Assembly (NCBI GenBank): GCA_963703345.1
Contig: OY969814.1
Location: 1,280,001-1,344,000 of the forward strand
DNA: 64,000 bases
Origin: an uncultured Chloroflexia bacterium
GTDB taxonomy: Bacteria > Chloroflexota > Dehalococcoidia > DSTF01 > JALHUB01
Direction: 5' to 3'
Positions 28,788 to 41,274 of the stretch are shown one piece after another. The position numbers were made by a program, and so were the translations under genes. Position 1 is the first letter of the stretch, and each line of letters begins with the position of its first letter. The notes beneath the pieces are model-generated. The model made no database searches. It was not told where the DNA came from and worked only from the letters and a program-made list of their open reading frames with translations.

Positions 28788-29462
28788 CTACCTCTGCCAG
28801 CGCCTTCTCACGTACCATCCGCTGGCCAGCAGAAGCGCGACGCCCGCCGTGGCTCCCGCGATACCGGCGTACGGCGGGGAAGACGACCCGCCCGCCGAAT
28901 CCGCTGCATCTGGAGGCTCCGCCACACCGCCAACGGCCGCAGCCGGGCCGGCATAGCAGCAGACCTTCGTCGAATAGTCGTTGGTGCCGTCGCAGTCCGC
29001 CACGTGGGCGTTCGTGCTGCCGGAGATAGTCGCCAGGCAGGTGTAACCGCTGCCGCAGCTCGATGAGTACTGGCAGTTCATTGCTGTGCCGGTCGCCGAC
29101 AGGCACGCCTGGGTCGTGTAACTGACGTCGCTGGAGGCGACGTGTGCGTTGGTCGTTGCCGATAGCCTCAGCACCGTGGCGTAACTACCCGTACAGGACG
29201 CGCTCAGGCCTGCCGGGCCACTGCAACAGATGGTGTCGGCGTAGGTCGAGTCACTAACTGTCCCCGCATGCGCGTTGGCCAGCCCCGACATCTTGAACAC
29301 CGCCACCTCGCCTGAGCCGCAGGACGCCTTCACACTGCATGTCAGGTCCGAGGAGGACGCCTCAGTCGTGCTGTGTAGCAGCCCGCGGAACATGCCCACC
29401 CCCGCAGGGCCGAGGGCCAGCAGGAGGGCTGCCGCCAGACCCACTGAAATCAGTCGTCTCAT
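28788..29462 (-). CDS. Secreted Cys-rich protein with three S-x-x-x-NAH repeats and a C-terminal TM anchor
   Basis: Signal peptide; SGLANAH/SATTNAH/SGSTNAH; tail AVGGVAEPPD...TM...WYVRRRWQR. Confidence 0.8.
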   Translation of the reverse strand: MRRLISVGLAAALLLALGPAGVGMFRGLLHSTTEASSSDLTCSVKASCGSGEVAVFKMSGLANAHAGTVSDSTYADTICCSGPAGLSASCTGSYATVLRLSATTNAHVASSDVSYTTQACLSATGTAMNCQYSSSCGSGYTCLATISGSTNAHVADCDGTNDYSTKVCCYAGPAAAVGGVAEPPDAADSAGGSSSPPYAGIAGATAGVALLLASGWYVRRRWQR

Positions 29463-29513
29463 GTTCGTCCTCTTTCCATCATCTTCTCCGCCGTGCGAGC
29501 CCTACCCGTGCCG

Positions 29514-30845
29514 TCACCGCGGCCGGAGGTGGGGCAGGCAGAAGCGGTTGGAGCAGTGGGTCACCTTCAGGTCGCCGTTGGTCGTGTCGTTGTAGCTGAT
29601 GAGCGGCAGGCCGTCCACGCCCACGGTCGCCGAGCTGTACTGGCCGACACCCGCGGTGTCGGCGTTGATGGAAATGGTGGCGGAGATGCAGTTCAAGTTG
29701 CTGCAGTGAGCCATCATAAGGTTGGTGCTAGTCGCGTCGTAGTAGCTGATGAGCCCCAGGCCGTCCGCGCCAATAGTCACCGAGGTGAACTGGCCTCTGT
29801 CGTTGGCGGTGTCGAGGTCGGTTATGGTGGCTGCGGTGCACGCCGCGTTGGAGCAGTGGGCCACCTTCAGGTCGGTCCCGTTGTAGTAGCTGATGAGCCC
29901 CAGGCCGTCCACGCCCACTGTCACCGAGGTGTACAAGCCGACGTTCCCGGTGCTGTCGACGGTGCTGATGGTGTGGCTGCTGCAGGTCAGATTGAGGCAG
30001 TAGGCCACCTTCAGGTCATTGTTGGTCACGTCGTAGTAGCTGATGAGCCCCAGGCCACCACCTGGGATCGCCGTTATCGAGGTGTACATGCCGACAAGCC
30101 CGGTGCTGTCGACGACGGAAATGGTGGCGGCGGTGCAGACCACGTTGGAGCAGTGGGCCACCTTCAGGTCGCCGTTGGTCGCGTCGAAGTAGCTGATGAG
30201 CCCATCGCCGTCGTAGCCAATGGTGACTGAGTTGTACGAGCCTACGGTGCCGGCGCTGTCGAGGGTGGAAATGGTGGCTGTGGTGCACGCCGCGTTGGAG
30301 CAGTGGGCAACCTTCAGGTCAGCGTTGGTCCCGTCGAAGTAGCTGATGAGCCCATAGCCGTCGGAGCCAATGGTGACCGAGGTCCACGCGCCGACGATGC
30401 CGGCGCTGTCGAGGGTGGTGATGGTGGCTGTGGTGCACGCCGCGTTGGAGCAGTGGGCAACCTTCAGGTCAGCGTTGGTCCCGTCGTAGTAGCTGATGAG
30501 CCCCAGGCCGTCCACACCCACCGTCGCCGAGGTGTACGTGCCGACGCTGCCGGCGCTGTCCAGCCTGGTAACGGAGAAGCCGGCGCGGCCGGTCGCAATC
30601 TGGCTTGCGTCCAGACCGTCGAGCTTGTCGGCGTCCAGGCCGGGCCAGGTGCCGGACGGCAGCTCTATCTGGCTGTAGGAGTGACCCGGGTTCGGCATGT
30701 CGGGGTTGGCCGACGGGTTTGCCGACGCTCTGTCAGCCACGAGCGAGCGGGCGCCCTGCGCCCCGACAAAGGCAATGGCAACTATGGCTACCGCCACACC
30801 CCAGGCCGCTGCCGCTCGGGTCCGTCTCAACAGGTGCGCTTTCAT
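29514..30845 (-). CDS. Secreted seven-repeat beta-propeller-like protein
   Basis: Seven ~50-aa repeats DSAGxVGxYTSxTxGxDGLGLISYYD..NxDLKVAHCSNxxC; GAGGAG RBS. Confidence 0.85.
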   Translation of the reverse strand: MKAHLLRRTRAAAAWGVAVAIVAIAFVGAQGARSLVADRASANPSANPDMPNPGHSYSQIELPSGTWPGLDADKLDGLDASQIATGRAGFSVTRLDSAGSVGTYTSATVGVDGLGLISYYDGTNADLKVAHCSNAACTTATITTLDSAGIVGAWTSVTIGSDGYGLISYFDGTNADLKVAHCSNAACTTATISTLDSAGTVGSYNSVTIGYDGDGLISYFDATNGDLKVAHCSNVVCTAATISVVDSTGLVGMYTSITAIPGGGLGLISYYDVTNNDLKVAYCLNLTCSSHTISTVDSTGNVGLYTSVTVGVDGLGLISYYNGTDLKVAHCSNAACTAATITDLDTANDRGQFTSVTIGADGLGLISYYDATSTNLMMAHCSNLNCISATISINADTAGVGQYSSATVGVDGLPLISYNDTTNGDLKVTHCSNRFCLPHLRPR

Positions 30846-31060
30846 TTGACTACTCCTCTCGATTTGGCGGGATGACGACGATGACTGACGCAATTTGGAG
30901 GTTGGTATGAATGAGTTCAGAGGACGCCAGCCCTATGCGACGGTTGGCGCCGCCTGAGAACTACGATAGGACATTCATCGACTGGTAGGCGCCGCGCAAC
31001 CTCCCTGTTGGCGGGAACGCTAGAAAGCGGGGATTTGAGGGGTCAGCCACCAATGCGGCG

Positions 31061-31088
31061 ATCGTACCACTGCCCTGACGTTTGTCAA
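31061..31088 (-). promoter_or_regulatory. Putative sigma70 promoter for the two cargo surface proteins
   Basis: TTGACA-16 bp-TACGAT with TG extension. Confidence 0.5.
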
Positions 31089-31373
31089 CTTCTCTGTAGG
31101 GTGCCAGATAGGACATGGGTGAGCAGCCCGTAGTCAGTCATTGGGAGCCCTATGGGCCGTAGTGCGGCGAGGCGATGCGGATTCGAGGCCAGTCGACCGC
31201 GTATAATTGCGGTTATGTGGATTCGCAGGTTCCGCGCTTGACGGCTCCGAGTGGGGGGTCGTCAGTCGTGTTCAACATCTATGGAAGTGTTACCTGGCCC
31301 CATTCAGGGCATAGCTTGAGACAACCCCCCGCTCGGCGCAGGCGCGCTTGACGATGGCGACGAACAGGCGGCC

Positions 31374-31694
31374 CTACAAGTGGTCGACCACCTCACCCAC
31401 CAAGAGGATAGCGCAGAAGACCAAGACAATGAGCGCAAGAAACACTAGTACCGCCCGCTCGCCGCGGCGGGCGACGGCGACGGCTGCGGTTACGCCCGCG
31501 AGCGCGCCGACCAGGAGCCCGATGAAGCCCACCCGTGGGGACCACGGCAACCAGTGGTCCGAGGCTGCGAGAGCGACCCCCGGCAAGAAGAGCGCCGCGA
31601 ACGGTATCAAGAGCCGAACCGCCCACCAGCCAAGCGGCGTGCGAGGCAGCAGATGAGTCCTTGAGCGGCGACGGCGTGTCGGCGTGCTTTCCAC
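31374..31694 (-). CDS. Hypothetical three-TM membrane protein
   Basis: LPRTPLGWWAV...GERAVLVF hydrophobic pattern. Confidence 0.55.
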   Translation of the reverse strand: MESTPTRRRRSRTHLLPRTPLGWWAVRLLIPFAALFLPGVALAASDHWLPWSPRVGFIGLLVGALAGVTAAVAVARRGERAVLVFLALIVLVFCAILLVGEVVDHL

Positions 31695-31701
31695 GCGACC
31701 A

Positions 31702-32410
31702 CTATCTCTGCTGGCCCTCGTTGGCGCAAGAGCCTGACGACGCGAAACGGCTGGCGTACAAGGGGTGGCTGACAGCGACGGGGATACCCCTGTCGCCGCA
31801 CGCGCGCTTGACGATGGCGACGAAAAGGGCCCCTCTGGACTTCCGTATCTTGCCCTCGTGTACCGCTCGTTTCACTAGGCTCAGAGCTTCGAAGATGATG
31901 TCCTTCGGTACGGTCGACGCTAGACGGCGGTAGTATCCCTCGCTCTCCACGTCTCCAAGAGTCGATAGCATCTCGTCCAGCAGATAACTCTGCTCGTCCT
32001 CGGATGGCGCTCTAGCTCTAAACAGAGGCGTTTCTACAACGTCATTTAGTCTTTCTTCTCTTCGTATTATTTCGGGTGACATTTTTGTCACCCCTCGCGA
32101 AGCTGTCCTCGTACCGCTTGGCCTCCTCCTCGCTCCCGTCCTCGATGTAGAGGATGTTGGTGTGGCCCGGCCGCTCCTCTTTGGTCAAGAGGCCGGCCGC
32201 CATTAGCTCGTCGATGTGGCGCTGGATGGTCCGGTCGCTCACCGAGCGGATGGCCGCAAGGTGGTCTACAGACGGGTAGGCGAAGCCCTTGCGTAGCCCC
32301 TGGCCGTCCTGCCAGTCAAAGCTGTCGATGACTTGGAAGGTTACCTTGGCGGTGTCCGAAACGTGGGAGTAGCCGAATGGCCTGATGGCGTCACGCCTCC
32401 GGTTGGGCAT
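31702..32410 (-). pseudogene. Phage/plasmid replication-initiator-like HTH protein, frameshifted near 32075
   Basis: AYPSVDHLAAIRSVSDRTIQRHIDELMAAGLL (HTH_36-like); GDKNVT linker; C-terminal domain continues in another frame. Confidence 0.7.
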
Positions 32411-32592
32411 GCTGCCGAATGTTCGCCTGACCAAGCAGACTAGTCTCGTCCCTTGCCAGGCCCTCGCGGCGGCGAGTAGGATGGTGCTGCCATGACCGCC
32501 CGGCGCGCCCACAACCTGACAGCGAGGCTGGCCTCCCACTAAGAGCAAAGTGCGGCCGGCTTCCCTCGATTGGACCGGAAGGAGGCAGAAGA

Positions 32593-33027
32593 ATGCGTTG
32601 CCCTCGATGCAGCGCCGAACTCAGGACCGAAGAGTACAAAGGAATCGAGGTGGATCGATGCCCGGACTGCCAAGGCCTCTGGCTAGACTATACCGAGCTC
32701 GACCAGCTCGAGGATGTGGCGCTGGACGAAGATGAAGTCAAGGGAACGTTGATCTACGACCCGCGACCCAGCGATATCTCTTGTCCAAGGTGCGAGGGCC
32801 CCATGAGAACGTTTGACTATCGCGCCTGGAATCTGGAACTCGACCTGTGCGAGAAGCAGCATGGCTTCTGGCTTGACCGGGGGGAAGAACTTCGAGTGAT
32901 TGAGCTTATGAAGACGAGGATCAAGGACCTAGATCGGAAGGCTTCAGCAGAAACGGAATGGGCAAATCTCCTGCGAAAGGTCAAATCGAAGTCCTTCTTT
33001 GGCAGAGTCAAGACGCTATTCCGGTAG
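32593..33027 (+). CDS. Double zf-TFIIB-type zinc-ribbon protein
   Basis: CPRC...EVDRCPDCQGLWLDYTEL, repeated as CPRC...LDLCEKQHGFWLDRGE. Confidence 0.85.
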   Translation: MRCPRCSAELRTEEYKGIEVDRCPDCQGLWLDYTELDQLEDVALDEDEVKGTLIYDPRPSDISCPRCEGPMRTFDYRAWNLELDLCEKQHGFWLDRGEELRVIELMKTRIKDLDRKASAETEWANLLRKVKSKSFFGRVKTLFR

Positions 33028-33099
33028 GCCAGGTCCGTGTGCGAGGTCCTCATCGGTACCACCAGCCCCCAGGCGTCAGCGGCGTTCCTCGGTACGTCA

Positions 33100-33437
33100 C
33101 CATGGCTTTGTCCCGGCGTCAGCGCGAAGACATCGAGCGGCAACTCCGCGTTCTGCCAGGGTGTCGTCCGGTCAATCTCGATGATCTGCGGCGTGGGGGT
33201 GAGTTGCTCCGCAATTTCGGCGGGCTCTGGTTGCACCCAGGCGTGAGTCAGGAGGAGCGAGAGGAGTTTGTGGACGAGTTCTTCGAGGAGATTCGGTTCG
33301 ACGAGGTGGGAATTCGAACGGTTCTGCCGCGGGCGGAATACCGCGTCTTGGTGGCGGTAGCCGAATCACGGGGTGGCCATGGTCGGGGTGGACAGATTCG
33401 AACTGTCGACCTCTTGGTCCCAAACCAAGCGCTCTAA
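33100..33437 (+). pseudogene. C-terminal remnant resembling a large serine recombinase, reading into the tRNA-Pro antisense strand
   Basis: REDIERQL...GELLRNFGGLW...EEREEFVDEFFEEI...GRGGQIRT; no catalytic domain. Confidence 0.5.
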
Positions 33438-33457
33438 CCTGGCTGAGCTACACCCCG
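33380..33457 (-). tRNA. tRNA-Pro(UGG)
   Basis: CGGGGTG acceptor stem, CTTGG-TTTGGGA-CCAAG anticodon arm, GTTCGAAT T-loop, encoded CCA; TATAAT at 33474-33479. Confidence 0.97.
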
Positions 33458-33502
33458 ACTCGGGAGCATCCGCATTATAAATCGGCGGAAGGGGCGCGGT
33501 CA

Positions 33503-34450
33503 CTAGGAGAGGCGTGCGGCGCCGATGAGCTCGCGAACGTCCGAGACGGCTGAGTCTGCCAGGAAGCGCTCGATACCTTCGAGAACGTCGATGGGGGCGT
33601 TCGGGTTGGAGAACGTCGCTGTGCCCACCTGCACTGCCGTCGCGCCCGCCATCATGAACTCGATCGCGTCCTCGCCGCTGCGGATGCCGCCACAACCGAC
33701 AATCGGCACGTCGACGGCATCGGCGACCTGGTAGACGGCGCGCAACGCCACCGGCTTGATCGCGGGGCCGGAGAGGCCGCCGAAGACGGTCGACAGCACG
33801 GGACGCCGGGCGTGGATGTCGATTGCCATCGCCTGGAGCGTGTTGATCAGGCAGAGAGCGTCAGCGCCGGCGTCTACGACGGCCTTTGCGATGGCGACGA
33901 CGTCGGTGACGTTCGGCGTGAGCTTCACTATCACCGGCAGCGTCGTGGCGCGGACGACTGCGGCGGTCACGGCGGCCGCCTGCTTCGCATCCTGGCCGAA
34001 GAGCATGCCGCCCACAGCCACGTTCGGGCAACTGATGTTGACTTCGATGCCGCTGACGCCCGGCACACCGTCGAGGCGGGAAGCGAGCGCGCCGAACTCC
34101 TCAACGGTTTCGCCGGCGATGTTGACGATGACCGGGACCCGCCAGGTTGCCCACACGGGCGCGATGTCGCGGATGAGCGCCTCGACGCCGACGTTCTGGA
34201 GGCCGATGGTGTTGAGCATGCCGGAGGGCGTTTCGGCGGTGCGCGGCTGCGGGTTGCCGGCGCGCGGTCGCAGCGTCGTGCCCTTGCTAACGATGGCGCC
34301 GAGTCGGTTGACGTCGAAGATGCGGGCCGCTTCCAGCCCGTTGCTCAGGGTGCCGGACGCGGTCATGACGGGATTGCGCAGTAGCAGTCCCTGCCTGCCT
34401 GCCGGTAGGCGCGGTTTGCGTCGTGGGGCGAGCTCAACGGCGAGGTTCAA
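33503..34450 (-). CDS. pyrD: Dihydroorotate dehydrogenase family 1B catalytic subunit
   Basis: [34 protein letters not shown]. Confidence 0.97.
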   Translation of the reverse strand: MNLAVELAPRRKPRLPAGRQGLLLRNPVMTASGTLSNGLEAARIFDVNRLGAIVSKGTTLRPRAGNPQPRTAETPSGMLNTIGLQNVGVEALIRDIAPVWATWRVPVIVNIAGETVEEFGALASRLDGVPGVSGIEVNISCPNVAVGGMLFGQDAKQAAAVTAAVVRATTLPVIVKLTPNVTDVVAIAKAVVDAGADALCLINTLQAMAIDIHARRPVLSTVFGGLSGPAIKPVALRAVYQVADAVDVPIVGCGGIRSGEDAIEFMMAGATAVQVGTATFSNPNAPIDVLEGIERFLADSAVSDVRELIGAARLS

Positions 34451-34517
34451 CGCTTCTCCTTTGCAGGCGAGTCGAGCAGATTATATCGGCTGGCGGCGAA
34501 GCGTGTCGAGGCACGAA

Positions 34518-34549
34518 GAGAGGCGGCCCGACCTGTCGAACCGCCTCTT
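34518..34549. terminator. Hairpin terminator after the Zn-finger gene
   Basis: AGAGGCGG...CCGCCTCT inverted repeat. Confidence 0.55.
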
Positions 34550-34568
34550 GTCGCTATGCTGTTGAAGG

Positions 34569-34889
34569 CTAGTAGTCGCCTTCCGTTCCCGGAGCGGACT
34601 CGCCGCCGCCGTCGCTGTCCGGCTTGACCAGTTCGCTGACAGGCTTCTTCCAGCCGGCTTGCGGCAGTGCGTCCGCGGAGTCACCCTCATAGATGAAATC
34701 AGACACGTAGTTGGCGAACACGCGACGCGCGCCGCAGATCTTGCAGGAAGCTGCGCTTACGCTGCCGGCTGGGCTATCGATAAGCCAGTGGTGGACACAG
34801 TCGGGATCACCGCCGATTATTTGCGGCGGTTCTCTCGTTACCGGCTCGGATTGGTGGAATCTGTCCCTAGTTGCGGTTCCTCGTCTCAT
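34569..34889 (-). CDS. Small C/H zinc-finger hypothetical protein
   Basis: CVHHWLIDSPAGSVSAASCKICG; GAGGAGG RBS. Confidence 0.75.
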   Translation of the reverse strand: MRRGTATRDRFHQSEPVTREPPQIIGGDPDCVHHWLIDSPAGSVSAASCKICGARRVFANYVSDFIYEGDSADALPQAGWKKPVSELVKPDSDGGGESAPGTEGDY

Positions 34890-35048
34890 TGCCTTCACCT
34901 CCTCAGGCATCATGGTAGAATAGCATCGCTTTGACGGCCTTGTCAAGCAATGGAGCGAAAAAACTGTACCAAGTGTGTTAACTCGGTGTTAAATGAAAAT
35001 GACGGCAAGGGCTATAATTAGCACACATTCTCCGCGAAAGGCAAACTC

Positions 35049-36122
35049 ATGACTGAAGAGCAACCGACCGAGCAGGCGATTATCGACGCGCTGCGGCAGG
35101 TGAAGGACCCGGAGCTGAACCGCGATCTCGTGTCGCTCAACATGGTGCACGACGTCGAGGTGAAGGACGGGGACGTATCGCTGCGGATCGTCCTTACGAC
35201 GCCGGCCTGCCCCCTGCGCGACGCCATCGAGGCGGACGTGCGAGAGGCGCTGAAGGCGGTGCCAGGCGTCAAGTCGGTCACGGTGGCGATGGACGCCGAT
35301 GTGCGCGCCTTCGCCGGAAGGGGCGGCCCGCAGGCGATACCGGGCGTGCGCAACGTGATCGCCGTCGCCAGCAACAAGGGCGGTGTCGGGAAGACGACGG
35401 TCGCCGTGAACCTGGCGGTCGCGCTGGCGAAGGCGGGGGCCCGCGTCGGCCTGCTGGACGCCGACGTCACAGGCCCGAACGTGCCGCTGATGATGGGGCT
35501 GCCTTCGGGATTCCTCAGCGAGTCCGGCCAGCCGCTCGTCCCAATCGACCGCTATGGCGTGAAGGTGTGCTCGCTAGGCTTCATCCTGCCGAAGGCGTCG
35601 GCGGTGATCTGGCGGGGGCCGCTGATCGACAAGGCGCTGCGGGAGCTGCTGCACGAGCTCGATTGGGGGGAGCTGGACTACTTGCTGGTCGACCTGCCGC
35701 CGGGAACGAGCGACGCGTCGCTGGGCGTGGCGCAGGCGGTGCCGCTTGCGGGCGTGGTTATCGTCACGACGCCGCAGGAGGTGTCGCTGGAGGACGCGAG
35801 CAAGGCGGTGACGATGTTCAGCCGCGTCGACGTGCCGATCCTCGGGGTCATCGAGAACATGAGCTACTTCGTCTGCGCGCACTGCGGCGAGCGCACGGAC
35901 ATCTTCGGGCACGGGGGCGGCCGGACGATAGCCGACGACCTGGGGCTGGAGTTCCTGGGGGAGATACCGATCGACCTGGAGACGCGGACGGCGGCCGACG
36001 GTGGCCTGCCGATTGTCGACTCGGCGCCCGATTCGCCGGCGGCGAAGGTGTTCACGGATCTGGCGGAGAAGGTTGCCGCGCGCTGCGCCGTCGCGCAATA
36101 CGCGGAGGAGTCGAAGAGCTAG
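35049..36122 (+). CDS. mrp: Mrp/NBP35 (ApbC) Fe-S cluster carrier ATPase
   Basis: DPEL, TTPACP, KGGVGKT, WRGP, DLPPGT, ENMS..CAHC. Confidence 0.95.
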   Translation: MTEEQPTEQAIIDALRQVKDPELNRDLVSLNMVHDVEVKDGDVSLRIVLTTPACPLRDAIEADVREALKAVPGVKSVTVAMDADVRAFAGRGGPQAIPGVRNVIAVASNKGGVGKTTVAVNLAVALAKAGARVGLLDADVTGPNVPLMMGLPSGFLSESGQPLVPIDRYGVKVCSLGFILPKASAVIWRGPLIDKALRELLHELDWGELDYLLVDLPPGTSDASLGVAQAVPLAGVVIVTTPQEVSLEDASKAVTMFSRVDVPILGVIENMSYFVCAHCGERTDIFGHGGGRTIADDLGLEFLGEIPIDLETRTAADGGLPIVDSAPDSPAAKVFTDLAEKVAARCAVAQYAEESKS

Positions 36123-36892
36123 GCGTTCTCGGTGGCCTCCAACCGTCGTCTCGCGGCTTCGACGTACTGCGATTCGCTCTCAACGAGCAGCCAGCGACGG
36201 CCGTGCTTCTGCGCCGCGACGGCAAGCGTGCCCGTGCCGCCGAACGGGTCGAGCAGCAGCTCATCGGATCGCGTCGCGACGAGGACGAGCCGTTCGACCA
36301 GCGCCAGCGGCTTCTGGGAGGGATGCCCCCCGTTCCGGCGCTCGCTCTTCGGCGTCACCGCGAACTCCCACAGGTTGCGCATCTGACGGCCGCCGGCCAT
36401 CTCCTTCGCGTCCCAGTAGTTGAACGTCCACTTCTTGGCCCGCGCGGGCGTCTCGTTCACGGCCCAGATGATCTGCTCCGTGCTCTCGGTCAGCGTGCGC
36501 GCGGTTATGTTGGGCTGGGCGTTCGGTTTGAACCAGACGATAGAGTTGAGGATGCGCCGGTTGAGGACGCTCTGGAGGATGAATCCGAGCTGGTAGATGT
36601 TGTGGAACGTGCCGAAAAGGAGGATGTTGCCGTTCGGCTTGACGACGCGACACACTTCCGACAGCCAGCGGACGTTGAACTGAAAGAATTCGTCGTGGCT
36701 GAAGCGGTCCCACGTCTCCTGCATCGTGACGTGCGACGAGAACGCCCAGCCGAGCCCGCGCTTGCCGCGTCGCCCGCTGCCGGAGGCGATACCGAACGGC
36801 GGGTCGGCGATGCAGTGGTCGACGCAGGCGTCCGGCCACGCCGTCATGACGTCGAGGCAGTCGCCTTCAATGATTGTGTTGGGTTGCGGCAT
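36119..36892 (-). CDS. Orphan site-specific DNA methyltransferase (N4/N6, beta class)
   Basis: N-terminal DPPF, HPSQKP, C-terminal LDPFGGTGT. Confidence 0.92.
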   Translation of the reverse strand: MPQPNTIIEGDCLDVMTAWPDACVDHCIADPPFGIASGSGRRGKRGLGWAFSSHVTMQETWDRFSHDEFFQFNVRWLSEVCRVVKPNGNILLFGTFHNIYQLGFILQSVLNRRILNSIVWFKPNAQPNITARTLTESTEQIIWAVNETPARAKKWTFNYWDAKEMAGGRQMRNLWEFAVTPKSERRNGGHPSQKPLALVERLVLVATRSDELLLDPFGGTGTLAVAAQKHGRRWLLVESESQYVEAARRRLEATENA

Positions 36893-36957
36893 GCCGATAA
36901 TGTTAGCGATTCTGAGCCCTCAGAATTGTCTTCGCGCCAGCGCACGGATGTGCGTCC

Positions 36958-37113
36958 CTACTCGGTCTCCTGCTTCTGGCGGGCGAGCTCCCGCTGGTAC
37001 GCTTTCCACGTCGGGCAGACCTTCGTGTGCCAGCGCCAGATACGCGCCATGAACGTCTTCGGGTTCTCCTCCGAACGCTTCCGCCAGGGACAGTCCGCGC
37101 ACTTCGATGCCAT
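36958..37113 (-). CDS. 51-aa Cys/Trp-rich small protein
   Basis: MASKCADCPWR...WRWHTKVCPTWKAY; GGAGG RBS. Confidence 0.75.
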   Translation of the reverse strand: MASKCADCPWRKRSEENPKTFMARIWRWHTKVCPTWKAYQRELARQKQETE

Positions 37114-37124
37114 GATAACCTCCC

Positions 37125-37897
37125 TCAGAAAACGTCGAGCAGGCCGAAGCGTGGGCCGTCGTGGCAGACTTGCCTGACGCCGCGTCGCGTCTCGACCGCG
37201 CAGCCGTAGCACAGGCCCGTCCCGCAGGCCATCGGCGTCTCCAGCAGCACCTGCACCGGCAGCCTGCCCGTCCGGGTGCGACTGCTCGTTCGGCGTGCCA
37301 CCTCGGCCATCGACTCGTACATCGCGTGCGGGCCGCAGGCGAACGCCTGGTCCGCCCATGGCAGACGCTCCTCGAAGAGACGCGTCGCCAGGCCGGTGTG
37401 GCCCGCAGAGCCGTCCTCAGTCACGACAACAACCTCGACTTGCGGCGGCAGCAGGCTCGACGGTGGCAGCAGAGCGGCGGTGCGGGCGCCGATGATGAAC
37501 GTCACGTTCTTCCCCTTCGCGACCGCCTCCTCCGCCAGCCAGACGAGCGGTGCGACGCCCATGCCGCCGGCGACGAGCAGGAGGTTCTGCGCACCGGGCC
37601 GGACGCTGAAGCCGCGTCCCAGCGGGCCCCACAGGAGCAGTTCCGTATCCGCCGGCTTCTGCGACAGCATGGTCGTCACGCGGCCGCGCGCCTCGTAGAG
37701 AATGCCGACCTCGCCGCCGGGCCGGACGCGATGATAGCTCATCGGGCGCGGCAACAACGGGTCGCTGCCGGCGTCGAGTCGCAGCATCAGGAAGCGGCCG
37801 GGCGAGGCGCCGGGGACAAGCGACGGCGCATCGAACCACGTTAGATACGTCGAGCCGAAGACGCGCTCGGTGCTCACGATACGGCCCTTCGCGACCT

Positions 37898-37901
<4 letters not shown>
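37125..37901 (-). CDS. pyrK: Dihydroorotate dehydrogenase electron transfer subunit
   Basis: RPMS, GPLGRGF, GGMGVAP, MACGTGLCYGC...VCHDGP. Confidence 0.95.
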
Positions 37902-41250
<3,349 letters not shown>

Positions 41251-41274
41251 CTTCTCTCCGATGATTTCGCGACA

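Larger units (their letters stand above)
28654..33379. mobile_element. Decayed tRNA-associated integrative island
   Basis: Bounded by the half tRNA-Gly and tRNA-Pro; contains a replication-initiator-like pseudogene, a recombinase-like tail and surface-protein cargo. Confidence 0.6.

Noticed and set aside
29517-30565. Tandem ~150-bp repeats as a CRISPR array or DGR
   Set aside because: In-frame coding repeats with no unique spacers; no cas or reverse transcriptase gene in the window
30846-31060. Structured RNA in the ~210-nt leader of the propeller gene
   Set aside because: No recognisable family motif; only weak similarity to the 5240 leader
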